A stretch of DNA of 64,000 nt. It comes from Bacteroidota bacterium. Lineage in GTDB: Bacteria; Bacteroidota; Bacteroidia; Flavobacteriales_F; PHOS-HE28. Positions 25,570 through 33,910 of the stretch are shown here, piece by piece. Numbering within the stretch: position 1 is the first letter of the stretch; the number at the start of each line of letters is the position of its first letter. The position numbers and the translations under genes are program-made. The notes below the pieces were generated by a model. That model ran no database searches. It was not told the origin of the DNA and was given only the letters and a program-made list of their open reading frames with translations. The DNA lies in the NCBI GenBank assembly GCA_963169535.1, contig CAUJED010000043.1, positions 237 to 64,236 on the forward strand. The letters run 5' to 3'.

Positions 25570-25699
25570 GCGTGGTAGGGTGTGCCCAAAGATGCGAAAG
25601 GCCTTGGTACATCGCATTTTTTTGGCCGTTCAAGGATGTTTCCGCGCTTTGGCATGCGGCTTGCCTACCATACGCCAGCAACTAACTTCGCAACCCATT

Positions 25700-25707
25700 C
25701 AAATTTG
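25700..25707 (+). promoter_or_regulatory. Variant -7 box CAAATTTG abutting the DUF4476 start (leaderless candidate)
   Basis: The box G at 25707 is 5 nt before the A of ATG 25712. Confidence 0.4.
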
Positions 25708-25711
25708 AACC

Positions 25712-26713
25712 ATGACACGTTTACTCTCCCTTGTGTCCTTCGCCCTGTTCACCGTCGCCTCTTGGGCACAGACCAGCGATCTGGTGGTGTTCTCCGACGA
25801 TGGCACCAAATTCACCCTCATCGTGGATGGCGATGAGAAGAACGCCCAACCCGCTTCCCGCGTGGTGGCCACAGGTATCCGTACGCAAACCCCGGTGATG
25901 GTGGTCAAGTTCGAGGATGCCGGCATCGCGCCCATCAAACAGAACGGATACATGGAGATGGGGAAGGAGTATACGTTGATGGTGACCACCAACAAGAAGG
26001 GTGCCCGTGTGCTACGCATGTCGGGCGAGGCAGCTTTGGGCACCACCGCCCGGTCGGAACCGGTGAAGCCAGCGCCCCCCGCGAACTTCGAAGAGAACGC
26101 AACGAGCACCACGGTGACCCAGGAGGCCTCCACCCCTGAAGAACAAGTGGTGACCACCACCACTGTGGTGGAGGAAGGAGACCCTTTGGGCGAAGGAGAG
26201 AACGTGAACATCAACATGGGCGTGAACGGGGTCAATTTCAATATGAGCGTGAATGCTGGGGGCACCTCCGGCAATTCCACCACCACCACCCGGACCACGA
26301 CCACCACCACCACGACCACGCAGAGCACTCCAGCGCCGGTCAAGCCCGTGATCGACAACAAACCCAAACCCGTTGAGCCGACCGTGTACAGTATGCCCGG
26401 CTATACCGGACGCGTGGGCTGCGGCTGGCCCATGAGCAGCACCGAGTTCACCGATGTCAAGAAGAGCATCGAGGCCAAGAGCTTCGAGGATAGCAAGATG
26501 ACCCTGGCCAAGCAGGTGGGCGCCAACCGTTGCTTCACGGTGGATCAGGTGAAGAGCCTCATGGCGCTCTTCAGCTTCGAGGATAGCAAGCTGGATATCG
26601 CCAAGTTCGCCTATGATCGCACCTACGATATCGACAACTATTACAAGGTGAACGACGCCTTCACCTTCGAAAGCTCCATTGACGACCTGAACGGATACAT
26701 CCAGTCCCGCTAA
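25712..26713 (+). CDS. Secreted DUF4476 domain protein with poly-Thr linker
   Basis: Signal peptide MTRLLSLVSFALFTVASWAQ. TTTTRTTTTTTTTTQ linker. C-terminal FEDSKMTLAKQVGANRCFTVDQVKSLMALFSFEDSKLDIAKFAY is the DUF4476 repeat signature. Confidence 0.8.
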   Translation: MTRLLSLVSFALFTVASWAQTSDLVVFSDDGTKFTLIVDGDEKNAQPASRVVATGIRTQTPVMVVKFEDAGIAPIKQNGYMEMGKEYTLMVTTNKKGARVLRMSGEAALGTTARSEPVKPAPPANFEENATSTTVTQEASTPEEQVVTTTTVVEEGDPLGEGENVNINMGVNGVNFNMSVNAGGTSGNSTTTTRTTTTTTTTTQSTPAPVKPVIDNKPKPVEPTVYSMPGYTGRVGCGWPMSSTEFTDVKKSIEAKSFEDSKMTLAKQVGANRCFTVDQVKSLMALFSFEDSKLDIAKFAYDRTYDIDNYYKVNDAFTFESSIDDLNGYIQSR

Positions 26714-26737
26714 GCGATCACCGTTCCTCCATAGGCC

Positions 26738-28117
26738 ATGCGCCGTACCGGATCCATATTCGCCATCCTCTGTGCAGTCGCGCTACTCGGCGCATGCTCC
26801 GGCTCCAAGGCTTTCTCCAAGAAAGGAGAGAAGCTCGATGCGGCCGGCATGTATGCGGAAGCGGCCGACATGTACCTGCAGGCCGCGCAGCGCAACGCGA
26901 AGAACGTCGATGCGAAGATCGGCCTGAAGAAGACCGGGCAGATGCTGCTGAACGACAAGCTCAGTGCTTTCTTCAAGTACGTGGCCATGGGCGATCAACG
27001 GGGCGAGGCCGTGGCGGCCTACCTCGATGCCAAGGCCTATGCGGAAAGGGTGGGGAGGGCCGGGGTGGTGATCGAGATCCCCGATCATTACAAGGCCGAC
27101 TTCGAAAAGGTGAAGGGCGAGCATCTCATCGATCTGTACAGCGAAGGGCAGGCCCTGTTCGACAAGGAGGATTTCGCCGCGGCCGAGAAGGTGTTCGGGC
27201 GGATCGCCAAGCTCGAGCCCGGGTACAAGGATGCCAGCAGCCTGCAGGATGTGGCCTACCTGGAACCCCTGTATCGCACGGGGCGTAGTGAGTTGGAGAG
27301 CGGTAATTACCGGAAGGCCTACGCCGCCTTCACCAAGGTGATGGATAAGAACAGTGCCTACAAGGACACGAACACCTTGCGGCAGGAAACGTTGACCAAG
27401 GGGCAGTTCAACGTGGCGGTGCTCCCATTCACCTCCAGTGATAAACAAAGCGCACTGGCCAGCAAGGTGAAGGCCCATGCCATGACCGCCCTGATCGAGG
27501 TGAAGGACCCCTTCTTGAAGGTGGTGGACCGCGAGAATCTGGAACGTATCCTGGAGGAACAACGCCTGAGCTTGAGCGGAGTGGTTGATGAACAGACCGC
27601 CGTGCGCGCCGGTAACCTCATGGGGGCGCAAGCCGTGCTGATGGGCGACGTGGTGAGCTACCAGGAACTGCCGGGACAGTTGCGCCGAAGCACCAAGGAG
27701 GGATACGAGTCGTACCGCGTGGAACAACTGAACAAGGAGACCGGCGAGAAGTACTATGTCACCCGCTATAAACCGGTGACCTACAACGAGTATTACCAGG
27801 AGAACAAAGTGCTGCTCTCCCTTAATTTCAGACTGGTCTCCCTGGAGACCGGTGAAGTGTTGCTGAGCAAGGTGGTGGAGAAGCAGGCGCAGGACCACGC
27901 CTACTATGCCAGCTACGATGGTAACAAGGAGGCCCTGCTACCCAAGTGGAACGGCAATGTGGACCTTCGTGATAACGCGCGGCGGGAGATGCGTTCGCTA
28001 TTGAACGCTTCACGGTCGCTGAAGCCAGTGACCACCTTATTGTCCGAAGTGCTCCTTACCACCTCGTCGTCCATGGCTGGCGCGATCCAACAGGAGATCA
28101 GTACCAAGCTGCCATGA
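26738..28117 (+). CDS. Lipoprotein: TPR-like helical N-half plus CsgG/LpoB/FlgO-like C-half
   Basis: Lipobox ALLGAC. Helical repeats (AEAADMYLQAAQ, AAAEKVFGRIAKLEPGY, YRKAYAAFTKVMDKN). FNVAVLPF...VVDRENLERILEEQRLSLSGVVDEQTAVRAGNLMGAQAVLMGDVVSY matches the CsgG-family consensus by eye. Confidence 0.75.
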   Translation: MRRTGSIFAILCAVALLGACSGSKAFSKKGEKLDAAGMYAEAADMYLQAAQRNAKNVDAKIGLKKTGQMLLNDKLSAFFKYVAMGDQRGEAVAAYLDAKAYAERVGRAGVVIEIPDHYKADFEKVKGEHLIDLYSEGQALFDKEDFAAAEKVFGRIAKLEPGYKDASSLQDVAYLEPLYRTGRSELESGNYRKAYAAFTKVMDKNSAYKDTNTLRQETLTKGQFNVAVLPFTSSDKQSALASKVKAHAMTALIEVKDPFLKVVDRENLERILEEQRLSLSGVVDEQTAVRAGNLMGAQAVLMGDVVSYQELPGQLRRSTKEGYESYRVEQLNKETGEKYYVTRYKPVTYNEYYQENKVLLSLNFRLVSLETGEVLLSKVVEKQAQDHAYYASYDGNKEALLPKWNGNVDLRDNARREMRSLLNASRSLKPVTTLLSEVLLTTSSSMAGAIQQEISTKLP

Positions 28118-29499
28118 ATACCTTGTTCCGGTGCCTGCCATTCGCCCTGCTGTTGGCCTGTGGTGGTGGGAAGAAAGTGGTGGAGACACCAGCCCAGGAC
28201 CCCGCCGTACAGCGACCGGCCTGGGTGGGCGCACGCCCCCAGTCCGATGCCTACTACATCGGTATCGGCATGGCCAACAAGAATCGGCCCGAGGTTCTGG
28301 AGACCGCCAAGAAGAACGCGCTGAACGACCTGGCCAGTGAGATCAGTGTGAAGGTGGAGAGCAATAGCCTGCTGTACACGTTGGATCGAAAGAACCAGTT
28401 CGACGAAACGTTCACCGGCACGATCAGGACGTCCAGCAACGAGCAGCTCGAGGGGTTCGAACTCGTGGAATCCTGGGAGAACGCCAGCGAGTACTGGACC
28501 TACTACCGATTGTCCAAAGTGGAACATGCCCGCCTGAAGAACGAGAAGAAGGCCGGCGCCGTCCGCAACGCGATCGATCTGCATACCCGGAGCAGGCAGA
28601 GCCTTGGAACAGGTGATCTGCGCGCCGCATTCGACCAAGAGCTGCGTGCTCTGCTGGCCATGAAGGAATACTGGGGCGAGAACGATGCGGTGGAGATGGA
28701 AGGGCGGCAGGTACAGTTGGTGAATGAGTTGTACGCGGGCCTTCAGAACCTCACCACCAACGTGCGGCTCACCGTGCTGCCCGAGCGTTGTGAGCTTTCC
28801 TACGCCAATGGGTTCAAGCGAGAGCTGCTGATCGGCGCTGCCTATGCCCATGGTGGAGGCCTGCGCGACTTGGGTCAGCTGCCGCTGTTCATCGTTTATC
28901 CGGCCACCGGTGGCAAAGTGACCGAATTGAAGAACACCGATGCCGAGGGACGGGCACGTACCACCGTGCAGCGCGTGGATCCCGGCGCCAAGCAATTGGA
29001 AGTGCTCGTGAAACTGCACCTGGACGAGCTCGTTGGCCGGGAAATGGACCGCACTTTGGTCAACGCCTTGGTCGGAGGGCTTACCGTGCCCGAGGTCCAT
29101 GTGCCCATCGATATGCGGCTCCCCCGGGTGCTGTTGAAAGTGAAGGAGACCAACCTGGGGCAGCCTTTGGCCGATGCCGGTGTCGGCTTGGTGGTACGCG
29201 AAGAACTCACCTCCAAAGGATTCCGCTTCGTGGAGCGCGAGGCCGACGCTGAATTGCTCCTGGATCTCACCACCAGCACCCGCCAGGGGGGGGAGGCCAA
29301 CGGATTCTATACGGCCTATGCGGATGTGAGTTATTCCTTCCGCGATCGGAAGACCCAAGAGGTGGTGTTCGAGGGTGGCAAGCAGGGCGTGAAGGGTGTG
29401 CAACTCACCTACGAAATGGCCGGCCTGGAAAGCCTCAAGAAGGTCATTCCCGACATCCGGAAAGAACTGGTGCCCGGTATCATGAACGCTTTTAATTGA
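28114..29499 (+). CDS. LPP20-family lipoprotein with a large uncharacterised C-terminal region
   Basis: ATGA overlap with the upstream gene. Lipobox LLLACGGG. AYYIGIGMANKNRPEVLETAKKNALNDLASEISVKVES is LPP20-like. The remaining ~300 aa are unassigned. Confidence 0.75.
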   Translation: MNTLFRCLPFALLLACGGGKKVVETPAQDPAVQRPAWVGARPQSDAYYIGIGMANKNRPEVLETAKKNALNDLASEISVKVESNSLLYTLDRKNQFDETFTGTIRTSSNEQLEGFELVESWENASEYWTYYRLSKVEHARLKNEKKAGAVRNAIDLHTRSRQSLGTGDLRAAFDQELRALLAMKEYWGENDAVEMEGRQVQLVNELYAGLQNLTTNVRLTVLPERCELSYANGFKRELLIGAAYAHGGGLRDLGQLPLFIVYPATGGKVTELKNTDAEGRARTTVQRVDPGAKQLEVLVKLHLDELVGREMDRTLVNALVGGLTVPEVHVPIDMRLPRVLLKVKETNLGQPLADAGVGLVVREELTSKGFRFVEREADAELLLDLTTSTRQGGEANGFYTAYADVSYSFRDRKTQEVVFEGGKQGVKGVQLTYEMAGLESLKKVIPDIRKELVPGIMNAFN

Positions 29500-29601
29500 C
29501 GTGCCCACTACTTTTTTCAAGTTTGGCACGGATATGGGAAATACCTTGGACGAAGAGATGAACCACCGCCGGAAGTGTACCGGCCACAGCAAACAACAAC
29601 C

Positions 29602-30192
29602 ATGAAACCCTTGACCATGAACCGTTCCGTTACGGTGCTGATGACCGCCTTGGTGCTGTCCGGTGCCATGTCCTCCTGCAAGAAGAAGAAGGAAGTCGTG
29701 ACCACACCACCTTCGGGGGAGACCGAGGTGAAGGTGGAATGCTCCGGCCCCGAATTCTTCACCAACGACAAGGTGTTCCGTGCCAACAACCTGGGCGAGA
29801 GCATGGACCAGGCCACCTCCAAGAAGAAGGCATTGGCCAATGCGCGCGCCGATCTGGCCAGCGCCATCAATACCCAGCTGAAGGGCGTGATCGACAACTA
29901 CGTGAACAGCCGGGAGATGAACAACAAAGAGGAAGTGGCCGAGCGATTCGAGGGCCTCACACGCGAGGTGATCGACCAGAAACTCACCGGCACCAAGACC
30001 ATCTGTGAGAAGGTGATGAAGGTGAACGCCACAGGGAACTTCAAGACCTATGTGGCCATCGAGCTCAGTGCTCAGGACCTGCTGGCCGCTTACAATGAGC
30101 GGTTGAGCAACGATGAGCGCCTGCGGATCGATTACGACTACGAGAAGTTCAAGGAGACCTTCGAGGCCGAGATGAACAAGCTGGGTAAGTAA
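29602..30192 (+). CDS. Small lipoprotein, LPP20-like
   Basis: Track start 29575 is GTG; ATG 29602 gives MKPLTMNRSVTVLMTALVLSGAMSSC. DQATSKKKALANARADLASAINTQLKGVIDNY resembles the LPP20 helix. Confidence 0.65.
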   Translation: MKPLTMNRSVTVLMTALVLSGAMSSCKKKKEVVTTPPSGETEVKVECSGPEFFTNDKVFRANNLGESMDQATSKKKALANARADLASAINTQLKGVIDNYVNSREMNNKEEVAERFEGLTREVIDQKLTGTKTICEKVMKVNATGNFKTYVAIELSAQDLLAAYNERLSNDERLRIDYDYEKFKETFEAEMNKLGK

Positions 30193-30232
30193 CCGTCGCT
30201 ACACCCAGGTCTTGAGCGGCCTGGAGAACATC

Positions 30233-30275
30233 GGTCAGGCTCCTCGGTTCCACCGGGGGGCCTGATCCTTTTTCC
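30233..30275 (+). terminator. Rho-independent terminator closing the lipoprotein operon
   Basis: Outer stem ggtcaggc/gcctgatc with inner pairing cctcgg/ccgggg, followed by cTTTTTcc. Confidence 0.7.
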
Positions 30276-30380
30276 GGGGATATGCCCGATACCGGGGTGG
30301 TCGTTGGATCGTACGCGTGGCCCGGACCACAAGCCCCGCCGCGACACGGGGCACCGCGGTGCCGTCGGTCCGGTGTAGCG

Positions 30381-32774
30381 TTATTCGCCCACCATGGCCA
30401 GCACCTTCTCCACGATATCCTCCACGCTGGGCTTGCTGAAGTAGTCTCCATCGCTGCCGTAGGCAGGGCGGTGGGCCTTGGCGGTGAGGGTGCACGGCGT
30501 GCCATCCAACCAGTGGTAACCACCTTGGACCTCGAGGATGTTCTGTAGGATGTACGCGCTTGCCCCGCCCGGCACGTCCTCGTCCACCACCAACAGTCGG
30601 TTGGTCTTCTGCAGGCTCCGTACGATGTGGTGTTCCCGGTCGAAGGGGAGGAGGGTGCGTGCATCGATGACCTCCACGCTCACCCCCAGCTCCTGCAGTT
30701 CTTCGGCCGCTTTCAGGCCGAGGTGCAGCGTGCTTCCATAACCCACCAGGGTAAGGTCGGTGCCTTCGCGCAGGACCTCGGGGATGCCGATGGGCACGGT
30801 GAAGCTGCCCAGGTTGGAGGGGAGGCGTTCCTTGCTGCGGTAGCCATTGAGGCATTCGATCACCAGCGCGGGATCGTCGCTTTGGAGCAGCGTGTTGTAC
30901 ATGCCGGCGGCCTGTTGCATGTTGCGGGGCACGCACACCACCACGCCCCGCACACTGCTCAGGATCATGCCCATGGGGCTACCGCTGTGCCACACGCCTT
31001 CCAACCGATGGCCCCTGGTGCGGATGATGAGCGGACATTTCTGCCCTCCCTTGGTGCGCCAATGCACGGTGGCCAGGTCGTCGCTGATCCCTTGCAGGCA
31101 GTAGAGCAAGTAGTCCAGGTACTGGATCTCGGCCACCGGCCTGAGGCCGCGTAGTGCCATGCCGATGCCTTGCCCCAGGATGGTGGCTTCACGTATCCCG
31201 GTATCGCTCACCCGCAATTCGCCGAAGCGCGCCTGCATGCCTTCCATGCCCTGGTTCACATCACCGATCTTGCCGGTGTCCTCCCCGAAGGTGAGCATCA
31301 AGGGGTTCTGCTCGAAGAGCGCGGCGAAGTTGTCGCGGATGATAAGCCGTCCATCCACCATCTCTTCGCTGTCATACACCACGGGAACCACAGCCACTTG
31401 TAGGCAACTCTGCGCACTTTGACTGTACAGGTGGCTGCCGTAGCGGTCGTCGTTGATCTCCCGTTGTCCATCCACCCACGCCTTCAGATCGGCCATGGCC
31501 GATGGCGAACCCGTTGCGGAGGATCGGAGCAAGGCTTGCCGTGCGGTGCTGACCACTTCTTTGCGCCCGGGGTCCATCAGGTTCCGTAGTTCTTGTGCCT
31601 TGGCCGATGCCTCCGGACTTCCCAAGGCATCGATCAGGTCGGCCGCTTCCTGCTGCTCCACCTTGATGGGCGCACAGAAGTCAGCCCATGCCGACCGCTG
31701 GGCCGCGCGCACATCGATCTTGGCTTGCTTCTCGATGGCGTCGAGCTCGTCGGCGGTGGCGATGGCCTCGCCCCCGGGCCGGAAGCTGAGGATCCACTGC
31801 CTGAATTTCACGATGCAGTCGTACTCCTTGTACCAATCCAGCAGGGCCGTGCTCTTGTACCGCTCATGGCTGCCGCTGGTGCTGTGCCCTTGGGGTTGGG
31901 TCACCTCCTCCACATGGATCAGGCACGGTACGTGGTCCTCGCGGCAGCGGGCGATGGCCTCTTCGTACACCCGGTTCAAGGCCGCGTAGTCCCAGGCCTT
32001 GGTGGTGTACAGCCTGATCCCGTTGGTGTGTTCCTCCTTCTGGAAGCCCTGGAGCAGGGTGCTGATGCTGCCTTTGGTGGTCTGGTAGTCCTTGCTCACG
32101 CTGATGCCCCAGCCATCGTCCCAGACGCTCATGGCCAAAGGCACTTGTAGCACGCCAGCGGCATTCATGGTTTCCCAGAAGTGGCCCTCGCTGGTACTGG
32201 CGTCGCCGATGGTGCCGAAGGCCACCTCGTTGCCCAGATCGCTCAGGTGGGTGTGGCCGTGCAGGTCCTTGTTGCGCCGGAATACCTTGCTGGCCTGGGC
32301 CAGACCCAATAAGCGGGGCATCTGGCCCGCCGTGGGGCTGATGTCGGGCGAGGAGTTGTATTGCTGGGTGAGGTCCTTCCAGGCACCGTTCTCGTCGAGG
32401 CTGCGCGTGGCGAAGTGGCCGTTCATCTGGCGGCCTGCGCTGGCCGGTTCGGCGTTCACGTCGGCATGGGCGTAGAGCTGCGCGAACCATTGCTGTACGG
32501 TGAGCTCGCCGATGGCGAACATGAAGGTCATGTCCCGGTAGTAGCCGCTGCGCCAGTCGCCGGGACGGAACTGCTTGGCCATGCACACCTGTGCCAGCTC
32601 CTTGCCGTCACCGAAGATCCCGAACTTGGCTTTCCCGGTCAGTACCTCCTTCCGGCCCAGTAGGCTGGCTTCGCGGCTCTCGAATACGATGCGGTAGTCG
32701 CGCAGGATCTCCTCACGGACCTCGTCCAAGGTCATTCCTGCTTCGGCCTGGGGGGCGGTCTTGTTCACGCTCAT
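30381..32774 (-). CDS. 2-oxoacid (branched-chain type) dehydrogenase E1 component, fused alpha/beta subunits
   Basis: Track start 32798 is TTG; ATG at 32774. N-half is TPP-binding alpha-like (GTIGDASTSEGHFWETMNAA); C-half is beta/transketolase-like (FGEDTGKIGDVNQGMEGMQARFG, IRTRGHRLEGVWHSGSP). Confidence 0.92.
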   Translation of the reverse strand: MSVNKTAPQAEAGMTLDEVREEILRDYRIVFESREASLLGRKEVLTGKAKFGIFGDGKELAQVCMAKQFRPGDWRSGYYRDMTFMFAIGELTVQQWFAQLYAHADVNAEPASAGRQMNGHFATRSLDENGAWKDLTQQYNSSPDISPTAGQMPRLLGLAQASKVFRRNKDLHGHTHLSDLGNEVAFGTIGDASTSEGHFWETMNAAGVLQVPLAMSVWDDGWGISVSKDYQTTKGSISTLLQGFQKEEHTNGIRLYTTKAWDYAALNRVYEEAIARCREDHVPCLIHVEEVTQPQGHSTSGSHERYKSTALLDWYKEYDCIVKFRQWILSFRPGGEAIATADELDAIEKQAKIDVRAAQRSAWADFCAPIKVEQQEAADLIDALGSPEASAKAQELRNLMDPGRKEVVSTARQALLRSSATGSPSAMADLKAWVDGQREINDDRYGSHLYSQSAQSCLQVAVVPVVYDSEEMVDGRLIIRDNFAALFEQNPLMLTFGEDTGKIGDVNQGMEGMQARFGELRVSDTGIREATILGQGIGMALRGLRPVAEIQYLDYLLYCLQGISDDLATVHWRTKGGQKCPLIIRTRGHRLEGVWHSGSPMGMILSSVRGVVVCVPRNMQQAAGMYNTLLQSDDPALVIECLNGYRSKERLPSNLGSFTVPIGIPEVLREGTDLTLVGYGSTLHLGLKAAEELQELGVSVEVIDARTLLPFDREHHIVRSLQKTNRLLVVDEDVPGGASAYILQNILEVQGGYHWLDGTPCTLTAKAHRPAYGSDGDYFSKPSVEDIVEKVLAMVGE

Positions 32775-32795
32775 GAGCACTTTCCGGTTGAGCTT

Positions 32796-32803
32796 CAAAG
32801 GTA
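32796..32803 (-). promoter_or_regulatory. -7 promoter box TACCTTTG for the E1 dehydrogenase gene
   Basis: Exact TAnnTTTG on the minus strand, 22 nt upstream of ATG 32774. Confidence 0.55.
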
Positions 32804-32944
32804 GCCAAGGCGGATGGTTCGTCAGCGGATCGGTCCAAGGCGTAGTTGCGGGTCCGATCCGGTATGCGGTGGTCCGCGTGTGTTCAAGGCCGTAGGGATG
32901 GACGGTTCCTGCAGCGCGGTGACAAACGTCATCTTTGCGGCGCT

Positions 32945-33862
32945 GTGTCTTCGACCTACCCCCCCAGGTTACAGGTGTACCTCGCCTTCGCGGCCATTTA
33001 CATCCTTTGGGGCAGTACCTACTTCGCGATCAAAGAGGCCCTTACGGGCTTTCCGCCGTTCATGCTGGGTGGGCTGCGGTTCGCGGCGGCGGCGGTGCTG
33101 CTCTTCAGTTGGTGCGGGGCGAAACGCATACCGGTGATGACCACCGGCCTGTGGAAGGTGCTGTTGGTGGGATTCCTCCTGCTCTTCGCTGGCAATGGTG
33201 CGGTGGTCTGGGCCCAACAGACCCTGCCGAGCAGTGTGGTGGCCATCACCATCGCTGTGGCCCCTTTGGCCTTCGCCGCCATGGATCGGCCACAGTGGTC
33301 GGTGAATTTCCGCAGCCCGGCCACGGTGCTGGGCATTTTCGGAGGGATACTCGGAGTGTGGCTCTTGTTCAAGGATCGGTTGAGCGCTCAGCTTTCCTCC
33401 ACCGGGATGGATGCCGAAACCATGGCCTTGTTGGTGCTCACGATCGGGATCCTCGCCTGGCCAGCCGGTTCGCTCTTCGGTAAGTACTATCCGGTGTCCT
33501 TGTCCAACGTGGCCAACAGTGCCTGGCAGATGCTCACCGGCGCGGTGTTCTTCCTTGCGGCGAGCCTGTTGCGCGGGGAATGGAACGGCTTCGACTGGGC
33601 GGCGGTGCCCGCGAAGGCGTGGATCGCGGAGGCCTACCTGGTGATCTTCGGCTCCATCATCGGTTTCAGCGCCTATGTGTGGCTGCTGCAGGTGCGGCCG
33701 GCCACCCAGGTGAGCACGTATGCTTACGTGAACCCCGTGGTCGCCGTGCTCCTGGGCACCTGGCTCGGTGGTGAGGTGCTGGGGGCACATGAGGTCCTCG
33801 GACTGGTGGTGATCCTCGGCGGGGTGTTGTTGATCAACCTGGCCAAGTACAGGGTCGGCTGA
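32945..33862 (+). CDS. EamA/DMT-superfamily transporter
   Basis: 10-TM pattern. LAFAAIYILWGSTYFAIKEAL and a second EamA repeat. No ATG near the first helix; GTG 32945 proposed (track TTG 32846 adds 33 non-homologous codons). Confidence 0.85.
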   Translation: MSSTYPPRLQVYLAFAAIYILWGSTYFAIKEALTGFPPFMLGGLRFAAAAVLLFSWCGAKRIPVMTTGLWKVLLVGFLLLFAGNGAVVWAQQTLPSSVVAITIAVAPLAFAAMDRPQWSVNFRSPATVLGIFGGILGVWLLFKDRLSAQLSSTGMDAETMALLVLTIGILAWPAGSLFGKYYPVSLSNVANSAWQMLTGAVFFLAASLLRGEWNGFDWAAVPAKAWIAEAYLVIFGSIIGFSAYVWLLQVRPATQVSTYAYVNPVVAVLLGTWLGGEVLGAHEVLGLVVILGGVLLINLAKYRVG

Positions 33863-33895
33863 TCGGTACCCGTGCGACACGTAGGGCCCCTGTCG

Positions 33896-33903
33896 TAGGT
33901 TCG
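33896..33903 (+). promoter_or_regulatory. Variant -7 box TAGGTTCG before the K+ channel gene
   Basis: 8 nt before ATG 33911. Confidence 0.35.
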
Positions 33904-33910
33904 TGCCACC

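Noticed and set aside
26278-26330. ACC/ACG-rich DNA repeat; similarly the GC-rich GGGGCGGGG repeats at ~58980-59060
   Set aside because: Both are in-frame coding low complexity (the poly-Thr linker of DUF4476 and the PAPAP linker of the H1-like protein). They are not non-coding repeats or arrays.
26783-29592. Two long minus-strand ORFs (26783..27898, 27913..29592) opposite the lipoprotein operon
   Set aside because: Antisense artefacts. The plus-strand ORFs have signal peptides, lipoboxes and family signatures; the minus-strand translations do not.
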